From contig OX597817.1 of the NCBI GenBank assembly GCA_951406725.2, positions 90,892,001-90,956,000 on the forward strand: 64,000 bases of DNA. The letters run 5' to 3'. The notes beneath the pieces are model-generated. The model had not been told where the DNA came from, ran no database searches, and saw only the letters and a program-made list of their open reading frames with translations. Position numbers and translations under genes: made by a program. Positions 13,211 through 26,056 of the stretch are shown in pieces. Numbering within the stretch: position 1 is the stretch's first letter; each line of letters starts with the position of its first letter. The DNA comes from Octopus vulgaris. Taxonomy: Eukaryota.

Positions 13211-15957
13211 TAATAATAATAATAACTACAAGAGTGAATTTATTTCCTACAACTAAAATTTGCTATCTAGAAAATAACCTAATCACTAATAGATTAACAG
13301 ATTATACCATATGACTGCTTGGTGAATGATTCTGAGATGTGATAAATTAATGAAGATTTAGTTATTTGTGTGTATTAAATAAAAGTAATTAGAATACACA
13401 TTTATACGGTTTCAAACTAAGTATAGATGTATACTTACATATGGAGATATATAAGGAGGACATGATGAGAGAGATGGGTGGTGGTGGTGGGGGGCATATG
13501 ATCATGAAGATTAAGATTGTACGAACTATTAACCACATCTTTACAGTGTATATGCATTGGTGTGTGGTTTAGAAACCTACATCTCAGTCATATAGTTTCA
13601 AAACAATCAATACCCGAACAAGGTAAGAATAAAGTCAATGACCCTTTAATAAGTGAGCATAAGTTCCAGTAACAACCACACATGCCTACACACAAGGGAC
13701 GCTTGAATAAATACCAATATGTAAAAATCACAAGGTGGTGAGCTGGTAGAATTGTTAGAATGCTGAGAAAAATGCTTAGAGACATTTGTTCCGACTCTCT
13801 AAGTTTAAATGCTGTTGCAGTCGACTTTGTCTTTCATCTTTTTGGAGTCAATAAAATAAGTACTAGTTGAATAGTGGGGTTAATGAAATTGACTTATCCC
13901 TTACCCTGAAATTGCTTGCCTTGTGCCAAAATTTGAAATCAATTTGAAATCAAGACACAGAGGGATAAATAATGTAGCACTGCATATCCACAAAATGATG
14001 AAAGAGTCATGGCTGGGATGTCTCTGAATGAAGATTTTGTCAACTTCATGTGATTTCAAAACAATCAATCTCAGAACAAGATAAAAATAAAATCTATGAC
14101 CCTTTGATAAACCAATTACTCATAACAACCACACACACACACACATACAGACATATTTGAATAAGTACCAACCATCAAATTAAGAGGGAACTTGTCTATG
14201 TCAGAAATAGAAACCAGATCTAACTCAAACTACAATCTACAGTCTTTAATATATAAAAGAAGCAGAGGGACACATAATGTAGCATTGCATGTCCCTAAAA
14301 TGATAAGACAGCCATGGATGGATTGTCTCTGACCAAAGGTCATCTCAACTAAAGTTGAACTGAATTGAAACACCAACAAATACCAAACAGTGTAGGCCAC
14401 AATAATACACAACCCCTTCTGGTCGTCATTGGCTTAACTTAAAAAAATACTAGATAGTTTTGCCTTTATGTACATGTATATATGTTAGTTGTTGTGGTCG
14501 TTGCTGTGGTTATGGTAGTAGTAGTAGTAGTAGTGGAGATGGTGGTGGTTATTGTTAAGGTAGTTTTGTGGTGGTTGTTTTTGTGGTGGTTGTTTTTGTG
14601 GTGGTTGTCATTGTAACTGTGGTGTGGCTATCGTCATTGTGATTGTGACTGTTGCTGTTATTGGGTGGCAGCAATAAGCAGTGATGTGTATAAATACAAT
14701 ATTATTACCATAAACAAACTATGGGGTGACACTGCCATGGGTCTGAATATGACCCAAGCATATTTGAACTGGTAGTAATGTTGCTATTATATTTATTGTG
14801 ATTATGGCAGATAATACAGTCAATATGTTGTTATTGATATGTAGCTTCAGGTTAGGCTTGTTCAAGTGCAATATGATCTAAGGCTCTCCAGATTTCAGTT
14901 CATGAACTTAGCCTCACAATTATTGAAACTTTCATCATAAAAAAGATAGGAAGCACAATTTTCTAATTAAAAATGGATTCAAAGAAAGAATTGTTGTTGT
15001 TTTAAGTAATTCTGTAACACAACGCCAAAATAAGCTATTAATAAGATGTTTAGGAAATGCAAGACAGTCTTAGATGTATATGAAAACCAGTAGAAAAGAA
15101 TTAATTATTATTTCCAAAGATCTGATAATGCATATTCTGTAGCAGAATAATGTTCAAAGTTTAACCATACCACAGTTTTTTTTCTTCAATCATTTTGCCA
15201 AAATAAAATCCACAAGGCAATGTAAAAATAAATATATTCAATTAATTTGAGATGCATATTAAATTTCTTTCATTCCACATAAGCACACACACAGATACGC
15301 AGACACACACAGACACACACACAAACTCTCTCTCTCTTTCTTTCTCTCCATCTCTTTACCCCTTTCTCTTCCCTCCCTCTCTCTAAGAAATTCTACTGAT
15401 AATAAATAGTTAGTTAGTCACAATCAGAGATTTCAGAATTTCATTATAATACGTTCCATATCTGTCTGTAATTAGCGATTCTATAGAATATGACAATACA
15501 GAAGAGGGACTGAGTTTAAATATTACACTAACAAACGAAAGCCTCACTTAATGAGTTGGCAAAATATCCTTCTTGTGGCCAGATTATAATTATAAACAAT
15601 TGTTTAATCTAAAAAAAAAGTACTCATTTTTTAAAAAAAATCTATATGAAATAATATAAGCTATAAACATAAACAAAACAAAAATACATAAATAAAACTA
15701 CAAAGATCAATCGGCAATAGCTGGTGGAAAAAAACAACAAAAACAATCATAATCATTATTGATACACAGAAAGTAGTCTGAATGAGGACATAACAATAAA
15801 ATATTTTCTAAAACATCATAAAGTTCGTTGAAGGCATAGCAAATAAATATGGTTTACTTCATACAGAACCATTGATTTGTTAAAGATTTTTCAATTTTTT
15901 TTTCACTGTTATCTTATTTTTTACCTATTACATAGGCAGCAAAAGAGTCAATCTTAC

Positions 15958-16018
15958 ATTTTGAAATTCTGGGTTGGTATTTATAAATTGATGGAGTAAG
16001 TCTGTTGCTAGGTCTATC
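15958..16018 (-). CDS. Candidate 61-nt internal exon, (R)IDLATDLLHQFINTNPEFQN (phase 2/0)
   Basis: ttttgctattttaaaactag acceptor, AAT|gtaaga donor, open frame in unique sequence. Confidence 0.4.
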
Positions 16019-17404
16019 CTAGTTTTAAAATAGCAAAAATATTGCCTAGCAAAGCTAAAAATAAATGACACAAACAAAGGTATCCAGCTATGAAAATGCT
16101 GCTTCAAAAAGGAAACATGGTGAGTACAACACTTTAATGGGACCAGTGTGACTAGTCTCTGTTTTAACAGAGAGCATGACTTTAAAATTGTTGTTTTTGT
16201 TTGTTGTTGGAGTAATACTCTTGTCATACTACTACGACTATAATGGCTTCAAGTTCTCAGAGTTGGCAAGGTAAATACCCTCATTCACTCATTTCACCTT
16301 GTCTCATTCAAGAACACCAACCTTCAGGTACTTCCTCTCAGCTCATGTCTTTTCTACAAGTGTTGATTTAAAATGATTCAAGAGAAACAATAATGGCACC
16401 TAGGTTACTGCAAAGGGCCTGCAGGTCAGTAGAGGACCTGCAAAGGATATAGACATGGCACCTTCTCTAGAACCAGCATTAGAAAACAAAAAGAAAAAAA
16501 GACTCAGTGGATTCAATTCTGTAAAAGTCTGAATATTACCATAATTGATGGAGTTGAGACTGTATCCTACCATTTGAAATTTAAAGCCCACTTTAAATTT
16601 CAGGAGACAGGTTACTTCCAGTTTTACTCTATTTTCTTTAAATTTTTAAATGTAACAAATAACTCAGTTTTAGACACACCAAAAAGAAGTCATAAATTCG
16701 GTATGCCAGGCAGTAAAGAGCTGTCACAGAAAGCCAGCTCTTCATGAGAAAGCAAATTATTGCTGTTGTTTTTTTTATTATTTAACCCGCTTATAAGAGG
16801 CAGAAAGACAAGCCTGTAACCTTTTTCAATCTCCAATACTGGTGGGGGAAATGGTGGAAGTTATCATCAGATCAAAGATCTAACCTGAATCCTTACAACA
16901 GACTAAACTTTGTTAAATGTACAAAAGAGACCAATAATGGCAGTGTTGATGTTAAACTGATCAAATTTATTGAAACAATGTAATCTATATGAAAGACGAG
17001 ACAACATACCTCAAATGTTAACTAAAATCCAACAATATCTTCACACACATATGGACAATGATATAGTCCTCAACTAGATGGAGATCTATCATATCCTAAA
17101 CTATGGATATATGAAGATCTCATATCACCTTAACTTAGTTAAAAGGCAACTGATTAACTTGTTAAAATGAAACTGACAGTGGACTAGTAAGACCAGCACA
17201 TCCTAGACTCACAATAGAGTAATGCTATTCCTACATCTCAGATGGCATCATTCGTAAACATACAGGCTGCATCCAAACAAAGACCACTTAAGTAATTGGC
17301 ATGAAGTCACTCAAAAACATACTCAATTGCCTGACTGACATGTGCTGCCTCTTCTCTTGTTCTTTTTTCCTTGAAGTTGGCTGGTCTCATTCCACTTCCA
17401 CTCA

Positions 17405-19840
17405 GGTACACTTCATATACTCATCTCATTGAGATGCTTGAACTGAGATGTGTAGATTTGTGCTGCATCAAAGAAGTAAGGTGGAGAGAAAGTTCTGCTT
17501 GGCTCCTCACAGGCAAAGAACATAAGTATAAGATTTTTGGGGCAGGGAACACTGTTGGGGTAAGGGGCATGGGTATACTTCTTGTAGAGAAATGGGTTGA
17601 TAAGGTAATCGAGGTAGTCAGGGTCTGTGATAAAATACTTATGATTTAATTAGTGCTGCAACATGGGTTGGCAACCATTCTCTCAGCTTATGCCCCTCAG
17701 CCAGGGCTACCTGATGAACAGAAGGATCAATTTTATGACACCTTCTTGCAGACTATCTCATTGATGAATGACAGAGACCTTCTCTTTGTGGCTGGCGAAT
17801 TCAATGGACATGTTGGACAATATGCAGGGGGGCTTCCATGGTGTACATGGAGGCTATGGTTTTGGTTCCCATAATGAGGATGAAACTAGATTGCTGGAGT
17901 TCTGTAATGCAAATGATCTTATGGTTTGTAATACTAACTTCAGGAAACCAGCTAGTCACCTATTCACCTACCGATCCGGTGGCCACACAAGTCAAATTGA
18001 TTACATCCTCACCAGGAAATGGGAAAGATGGCTACTTATCAATGCTAAAATCTTCCCAGGTGAAAAATGCACCCCACAACATAGATTAGTAGTTAGCAAC
18101 TTCAGGATCAGGGCTAAATGGATGCCCAGAAGATGACCAGCATGGAGAAGAAGGGTCTAGAAGCTCAAGGATCCTGTGAATGAACAGAGATTTAGAGGCA
18201 TATTACTCGAAGCTTTTGACAAAATAGAGGAGGAGATAGCATCACATGGAGGTTCCTACAGGACAACCTGCTGAGGGCTACTGACCAGAACTGTGGATGG
18301 TTCAAAGTCTCCTCTTGACCAAAGGAAACATGGTGGTGGAACAATGTAGTTGACAGGGGCATTAGGGAAAAGAAACGGGCATGGAAGGACTGGAAGACTG
18401 GTGGTAGCAGGGAATTGTATCAGACTGCCAGAAGGGAAGCTAGGAGACAGGTTTACTTAGCCAAAAGGGAAGCAGATAAGAAAAAAATTTGCCAATGTTT
18501 TGCGTCGTAAGGACCAAAGACTTGAAGTGTTTTGTGTTCCAAGACAGTGTGTGAGAAAGAATCATGATGTCATAGGATAGAAATGAATTCACATGGATGA
18601 TGGCTCACTTGCATTTAATGAGGCTGCAAAGAGAGAGACTTGGAGATGCCACTATGAAAGGTTGTTAAATGAAGAGAATGAATGAGAGAAAGAGAGACTG
18701 CCAAATGTCGACCCAACAGAAGGACGAGCTATCCAAATTCGCAGTATCTTGGTAGATAAAGCAATTAAGGGTATGAAGACAGGGAAAGCCCCCAGCCCAT
18801 CAGGAATCACTGCAGAGATGCTTAAAATATATGGCAGTGTCAGCTATAATCTAGTCTCCCGTATAGTCAATCAGGTGACACATGAAGTAGTCATTGCCAA
18901 TGACTGCTACAAAGGTAAAGGTGATGCATTAGATATGATTAACTACAGAGGTATTGAGTTGTTGGATCAGGTAATGAAAGTCACAGAGAGGGTCATAGCC
19001 CAACTAATTAGGGAGAGAATCAGTTTAGACAAGATGCAGTTTGGGTTTGTACCAGAAAAAAGCACCACTGATACTACATTTCTGGTAAGACGGTTGCAGG
19101 AGAAATACCTAGCCAAAGATAAACCTCTGTACCTGGCTTTCATTGACATAGAGAAAGCCTTTGACAGGGTCCCCCGATCCTTTATCTGGTGGTCAATGCA
19201 GAAACTAGTGATAGATGAGTGATTAGTGAGAGCTGTACAAGCTAAGTACAGGGATGCTGTCAATAAGGTGAGGGTTGGCAATGAGTATAGCAAAGAATTC
19301 CAGGTAGGGGTAGAGGTTGACCAAGGATCAGTCCTCAGCCCTGTCATATTCATCATAATCCGCCAGGTAATAACAGAGGAATTTAAGACAGGATGCCCCT
19401 GGGAGCTTCACTATGCTGATGACCTTGCTCTAATAGCTGAGTCACTACCAGAACTAGAGGGCAAGTTTCAGGTATGGAAGCAAGGTCTAGAATCGAAGGA
19501 CCTTAGAGTCAATCTAACAAAGACCAAAGTCTTAATAAGTAGGAAGGCAGACAAACCACAAATCCCTTCAGGATTGGCCCTGCTCAATCTGAAGAAAAGT
19601 TGTAAGTAGAAACTCCATAAGGTGGTGTACCCAGTGTAAGCTATGGACACATAAGAGATGCAGCAATATCAAAGGATGGCTAACTGGGAAGATAGTTTCT
19701 GTGTGTGGCAAATGCTCAGGGACAATAAACACTGAAAATGTGCAGAAAACAGCTTCCATCACATGCTAGGATGAAAAACTAAAAGTAGTTGATAGCTTCC
19801 ATTACCTAGGTGACCAAGTCAATAGCAGGGGTGGATGCTC
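17405..19840 (+). mobile_element. RTE-clade LINE (APE endonuclease + RT + PHD-like finger), disrupted and truncated
   Basis: APE motifs DLCCIKEVRW, SAYAPQ, GEFNGHVG, QIDYIL, QHRLVV; RT motifs QFGF, FIDIEKAFDRVP, QGSVLSP, YADD. Many stops and frameshifts. The 3' end runs into a SINE tail. Confidence 0.95.
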
Positions 19841-20494
19841 TGGTGCAGCCTTCTGGCTTGCCAACCCTCAGTCAAACTGTCCAACCCAAATCAGCATGGA
19901 AAGTGGATGTTAAACGACGACAACAATGATGATGATGATGATCTCCCCTCTGCCCTTCATACTTATTATATTTGACACATTCATCTCCCACACTAACTGT
20001 TATGTTCAATCTTTTCTCACTCAAATGTTGTCTTCCTGGAATTCTCTCTTTTTGCACATGTCTTTCTCATAGTCATCAATTTCTAACTGCTTAAACTGAA
20101 CTTTAACAGCACAAAAAGAAAATAAATCATCAGTCAACAGGTACAATTATCAAAGGACATAACATTTTAGCATATTTATGATAAACTTAAAAAAGGGGAA
20201 AAAAATTTTTTCCCATTGTGCTTAAAATGCACCAAACAGAAATAAAAGAATCTTCCTCTACATACGTAAAATACATCACTTAGTTGAGGCTATACATGCA
20301 CCAAAATGTCATGCAACAGAATTAAATATTAAAAAACTTCACAGTATATGTTGAAAAAATGTTATTTTTTTTCTCAGCAGGCTTTTTGCTAACAACTGAC
20401 TATAGTAAAGTAAATTACTACATTGTACACAAATGACCTATTTCAATACAACAACTATTTTTGGCATAGAAAAAGTGAGTGTGGGGAAGGGGAG

Positions 20495-20812
20495 TGCATG
20501 GCTCAGTGGTTAAGGTATCGGACTTACAATCATGAGGTTGCGAGTTTGATTCTTGTGTGTCGTGTTCTTGAACAAGAACACTTTATTTCATGCTGCACCA
20601 GTTCACTCAGCAGTAGAACTAAGTTGTGGCATCACTGTTGCCAAGGTTGTATCAGCCTTTGCATTTCCCTTGGAGAACATCAATGGTGCGGAGAGAGGAC
20701 TGGTATGCATGGGTGACTGCTGGTTTTTTACAAGCAACTTTGCCCAGACTTATACCTCAGAGGGAACTTTCTAGGTGCAATCCCATGATCATACATGACC
20801 AAAGTGGTCTTT
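20495..20812 (+). mobile_element. tRNA-head SINE family C (ggct.agtggttagg...ttgtgttcttgaacaag.cactttatttca)
   Basis: A/B-box-like head. Near-collinear copy at about 49965-50292. Related heads at about 46228-46515, 49740-49940 and (minus) 3800-4030. Confidence 0.7.
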
Positions 20813-20816
20813 GGTA

Positions 20817-21116
20817 TACATACATACATACATACATACATACATACATACATACATACATACATACATACATACATACATACATACATACATTACATAC
20901 ATTACATACATTACATACATACATTACATACATACATACAAACATACATACATACATTACATACATACATACATACATACATCACATACATACATTACAT
21001 ACATACATACATTACATACATACATTACATACATACATACATACATACATACATTACATACATTACATACATACATTACATACATACATACATACATACA
21101 AACATACATACATACA

Positions 21117-21147
<31 letters not shown>

Positions 21148-21210
21148 CATTACATACATACATTACATACATACATACATACATTACATACATACATTAC
21201 ATTACATACA

Positions 21211-21241
<31 letters not shown>

Positions 21242-21388
21242 CATACACACATACATACATACATACATACATACAATACATACATACATACATACATACA
21301 TACATACATACATACATACATACATACATACACACATACACACATACATATATACATACATGCATACATACAATACATACATATATAT
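20817..21388. repeat. (CATA)n/(CATTA) compound microsatellite
   Basis: Visible directly. Source of the YIHT/MYVC ORFs. Confidence 0.97.
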
Positions 21389-21765
21389 AAAACATCTTAC
21401 ATTAAGCTAACCAAACCTTCCAATCCTATACTAATCATCAAATCTCTTCTACTATATCCTCGAGAAGACCAAAGCCTTGTGACTGGATTTGGTAAATGGA
21501 AATTGAAAGAAGCCTGTTATATGTATGCATGTGTGTGTGTGTATGTGTGTGTATCTAGATTTGTACCCCCAACACCATTTGACAACCAGTGTTGGTGTGT
21601 TTACATCCCAATAACTTAGTGGTTTGGTAAAAGAGAATGATAGAATAAGAGCCAGGCTTAAAAAATAAAAGTACTAGGGTCAATTCATTTGCCTAAAATT
21701 CTTCAAGCTGATGCCCCAGCATGGCTACAGTCTACTGAGTGAAACAAGTAAAATAAAAGAATATA

Positions 21766-22440
21766 TCTATATATATAAAACTGAGAATGTGTGTCTGTCT
21801 GCCTGTGTGTTTCCCTAAAACTTGAGAACTGCACAACCAATTTCATTCAAATTTTACACATGCCTTACTTAGGGTCCGGGGAGTGTCATTGGCTAAAATA
21901 ATTTTGAACTTTTTGCCTAGGGCGAGCCCACAGCACTATCATATCTTCTCCACTATGATTCCCTAAAACTTGAGAACTACACAACCAATTTCATTCAAAT
22001 TTTATACATGCCCTACTTAGGGTCCATGTAGTTTCATGGGCAAAAACAATGTTCAACTTCTTGCCTAGAGCGAGCCCATAGCAATATCATATCTTCTCCA
22101 CTATTTCAGTATTATGTGTTAAAAGTGAAACAAAAACATTTCTCTATTTTATGTCAGATACTTTCACTTTAACAATAAAAATAATAATAACAATTGAATT
22201 ATATGTAGTAAGTAATAATTAAAATCAAACTAAAGTATAATATAATCGTAACATAACAAAAGTAAAAATAGCAATTGGTATAAAATTGCATCAATGACTC
22301 GAACTTGAATAAGTGGTTTCACATGAATGGGAATAAATTGAAAATAAAATTAGCATGCAGAAATGGAATAGTCCAGATGGATAATAAAAAATTAAATTAA
22401 AGAAAAGACTGTTGTCTATAAAGTATACAATGTAGAGAAA
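21766..22440 (+). mobile_element. Non-autonomous Helitron-type element, 5' portion
   Basis: A|TCTATATATATAAAA start, (TGTC)n stretch and internal ~147-bp tandem duplication (about 21810-21956 / 21958-22104). 3' boundary uncertain. Confidence 0.6.
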
Positions 22441-22962
22441 AAAGAGCCCTTCCTAATGCCAACCACTCCGAGTGTAGTGGGTGCTTTTACATGCCACTGG
22501 CACGAGGGCCAGTCAGGCAGTACTCGCAACAGCCATGCTCAAATGGTGCTTTTTATGTGCCACCTGCACAGGAGCCAGTCCAGCGGCACTGGCAACGACC
22601 TCGCTCAAATGTTTTTCACATGTCACCAGCACAAGTGCCAGTAAGGCAACGCAGGTAACAATCATGCTATATACAATTGATTTGGAAAGAATCACCCAAA
22701 ATTCATAAACATAAGCATCCATAAATATCATCATCATTATTTAATGCTGGCAAGGGTTGGACGGTTTGACAGGAGCTTGCCAGGCAGAAGACTATACCAG
22801 ACTACTGTATCAGTTTTGGCATGGTTTTTACAGCTAGATGCTCTTCCTGACACCAACCACCCTGTACATTGGATTGAGTACTTTTTTATGTGGAACCAGC
22901 ATATGCAAGATCAGTTTTGGCATGGCTTCTACAGCTGGATATATATACACATATATACATGC

Positions 22963-23001
22963 ACTAGCACTATGACCCGGCAACGACGGGTCATAATGCT
23001 A

Positions 23002-23003
<2 letters not shown>
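22963..23003. other. 41-bp near-perfect palindrome built from Helitron-like 3' ends
   Basis: ACTAGCA-C-TATGACCCG-gcaacga-CGGGTCATA-A-TGCTAGT. Confidence 0.8.
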
Positions 23004-23035
<32 letters not shown>

Positions 23036-23039
23036 CACT

Positions 23040-23570
23040 GGAGATATGCTGTGATTGAGAAGACCTGGCAAGTAAAGTGAGATTACAGCCGTAGCCTACA
23101 CCAGCCCATTTAAAAAGTACTTTTGAATTGTCAGGTGACATTCCGTGCTTGACGAGACCAAATGGAAATTGTAGTAGTGGCTGACGCCAGTGCCACCTGC
23201 CTGACTCCCGTGCTGGTGGCATGCAATAAGCACCATGCATGCATGGATCGTTGTCAGTGCCACCTGCTTGGCTCCATCTGAACGTGGTCAATGCTAGCTC
23301 TCCTGCCCCAACTGGATCATGTGCCAGTAGTTACATAAAAAGCACCATCCAAACGTGGCCAATGCCAGTGTCACCTGGCTGGTTCTTGTGCTAGTGGCAC
23401 ATAAAAAGCACTCACTACACTCTTGGAATGGTTGGCATTACAAAGGGCATCCAGCTGTAGAAACACTGCCAGATCAGATTGGCGCCTGGTTCAGCCTCCT
23501 GGCTTGCCAGTCCCCAGCCAAACCTTCCAACCCATGCCAGCATAGAAAACGGACGTTAAATGATGATGAT

Positions 23571-23575
<5 letters not shown>
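23040..23575 (+). mobile_element. SINE-like family E (aaaagcacc units, ggcattaggaagggcatccagc, ggacgttaaa(tga)n tail)
   Basis: Related copies at about 7200-7400(-), 10035-10250(-), 19840-19940(+), 22445-22940(-), 25150-25385(-), 28920-29160(-), 39590-39870(+) and 41110-41615(-). Confidence 0.75.
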
Positions 23576-23605
<30 letters not shown>

Positions 23606-23614
23606 CGCTCGTAG

Positions 23615-24046
23615 AAATACATAAATCCATATTTTAAAGAGGCCTCAGGCCAGCAGGGTCTGGGGTCTGAAGATACACTGTAAGGCTAAGTTATGCATTG
23701 CCAATTGCACGAGGATCCTTACAGACTCGCTCGTACCAGGGGGAATCTTGAAGAATTGTATGATGAAACAGAGATCTGCTCATCAGTAATATAACATGTT
23801 TCAGGCACCACAGCCGGAAACCAATAGCCAAGGCTAAATGAAGACAATAATTTACCTTCATGGTGCTTTGGTGACCGCAAAATGGCAGCGTGGCCAAAGA
23901 ACAATGTACAATGGCGAAGGGAGATAATCACCTACGGTTTTACTTTTAAAAACAAGGCTTTCCCCCTCCATATTTTAAAGAGGTCTCAGGCCAGTAGTGT
24001 TTTGGGGTCTGAAGATACGCCATAAGTGAGAAACCGGCCTACCCCA
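23615..24046 (+). mobile_element. Penelope-type pLTR remnant with direct repeat and degenerate hammerhead
   Basis: Direct repeat about 23618-23685 / 23967-24027. Hammerhead elements: tggggt-CTGAAGA(24009-24015)-weak stem II-GAAA(24030-24033)-CCGG-cct-acccca. Confidence 0.5.
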
Positions 24047-24167
24047 TTATATTATATATATACACACATACATACATACATACATACATACATACATACA
24101 TACATACATACATACATACATACATACATACATACATAAACACATGCATATATGCATAAACAAACAC

Positions 24168-24520
24168 ATATATGGTGAGGTACTGAAATTTCTAAGAAAG
24201 TCAGAAATTCCTTGGATAAATACCATGAAATCCCGTAAAGAGATGAAAACTTCAAAACACAAAACAGCAGGCCAGTTCCAGAATTAGTCAAGCTACGTTT
24301 AGATCACCTTTTTTATGTCCTTTCTGATTAACAGTGTGAGTGCTATCCCTAGAAAGGGCTGCTCACTCACTTGAGTGGCTGCCAAACCTTTCTACTGCCA
24401 TAGTTTGGAAAAGAAACAACCAATATTCCAAGCTGCGTATGCAAAGATTTGCAATTACCTATTTCCAATTGGTTAGACTTGTATATTCCACTCCTTCTTG
24501 CTGCAGCACTTTGTGAGACC
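24168..24520. repeat. Unclassified dispersed repeat, second copy at about 29755-30130
   Basis: Shared blocks tcagaaattccttgg, ggccagttccagaattag, tcctttctgattaacag, tatccctagaaaggg, agatttgcaatta. Confidence 0.75.
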
Positions 24521-25070
24521 AATAGGAGTTTCTAAGAAGTTCCCATGCACAAAATTGGTTATAGTGAGGGAAGTTTTCCTCTTGTTAGCACAACATTGGC
24601 AGGGTCAGCCAGGTGCTGAATGATCTCTTTCCTAGACAAATGTTCTCACAAGATCTAGAGATGCATCACTCCTAAGTATTTATTTTGTGTAGGTGAATTT
24701 CAAGCAACTACGCTCAACAAGCAGGTCTGGAGGGGAAGTTTATTTAATGATGATCTGATCATGCAACAGCCTGTAATGTGTTATAAGCAGCCAGCAGTGC
24801 CTGTGAGTGACCTGATACAGACACACACACTGTATTTATACATATACATACACACACACACATATATATATATATACATACACATACACACACACTCATG
24901 CATACATATACATACATATGTACACATATACTCCTTTACATATTTATATATATATATTCATACATACACACACACACATGCATACATACATACATGCACA
25001 TATGCATACACACATACATAAGTACAGACACCCACATACATGCACATACATATGTATACATATACCCACT

Positions 25071-25101
<31 letters not shown>

Positions 25102-26020
25102 TTATATACACGCATGTGTGTGTGCTGTATGCCTGTATATATATATATATATCATCATCATCATCATCATCATCGTTTAACGTCCGTTTTCCGCGCTAGC
25201 ACGGGTTGGACGGTTTGACCGGGGTCTAGGAAGCCAGAGGCCTCTCCAGGCTCCAGTCTGATCTGGCAGAGTTTCTACGGCTGGATGCCCTTCCTAACGC
25301 CAACCACTCCGCGAGTGGATTGGGTGCTTTTTACGTGCCACCTGCACAGGGGCCGGGGGGTCCGGCATCGGTCACGATCGGTTCGAGCTTTTTCTAGAGT
25401 TGAGTTGGGGGGGTCTAGCTGAGAAAGGTTCCACCAGTAGAAAGAGAGGGAGAGATAGTGGGGGGGGTGCAGGTAATAAAGGGAAGCACCAGTGGGGAAG
25501 GTTGGGTAAGGAGGAACGATGACAAGGAAAGGGTTGGTGCAGAAGAAATAAAAACGTAGGATATCACGAGACAGGGAGGGGGACTGGAAGGAGATGGTCG
25601 GATTGAGGCAGTGCCAGATTCTAAACAGGAGGTAACATAAGATCAGTGGGGCAGTTAATGAGCTGCGGTACTAGCAGCTTGACTTGGTGGGGGGAAGGGG
25701 TAGTACACAGTGAAAGCATATGTGAAGGAGGGGTAGGAGGGAGAGGAGGACATATCCAGTGTAGATGGTGAGAAGTGTTCACCGGTATTGGTGGTGAGAA
25801 GTGTTCACCGGTATTGGTGGTGGGGGTGGGAGGGCGGGGGCACCGCCGAATGGCGGAAAAGATGGAATTGAAGGATTGAAGGATTAAAGGGTTAAATTTC
25901 GTAGAGAAAAGATAGGAAAAACGAAGCAGTTATTGTATGAGTACAGACGTTTAACAATAGTAACGAATGAGGTACGAAAGATAATGGGATAAAATGTTTT
26001 TGCAACTTGCTGCGAGTATG

Positions 26021-26055
<35 letters not shown>

Positions 26056-26056
<1 letters not shown>

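Noticed and set aside
20626-21619. Long ORFs of 199-274 aa (YIHT repeats) and similar YI/MYVC ORFs elsewhere
   Set aside because: They are stop-free translations of microsatellites with no domain content.
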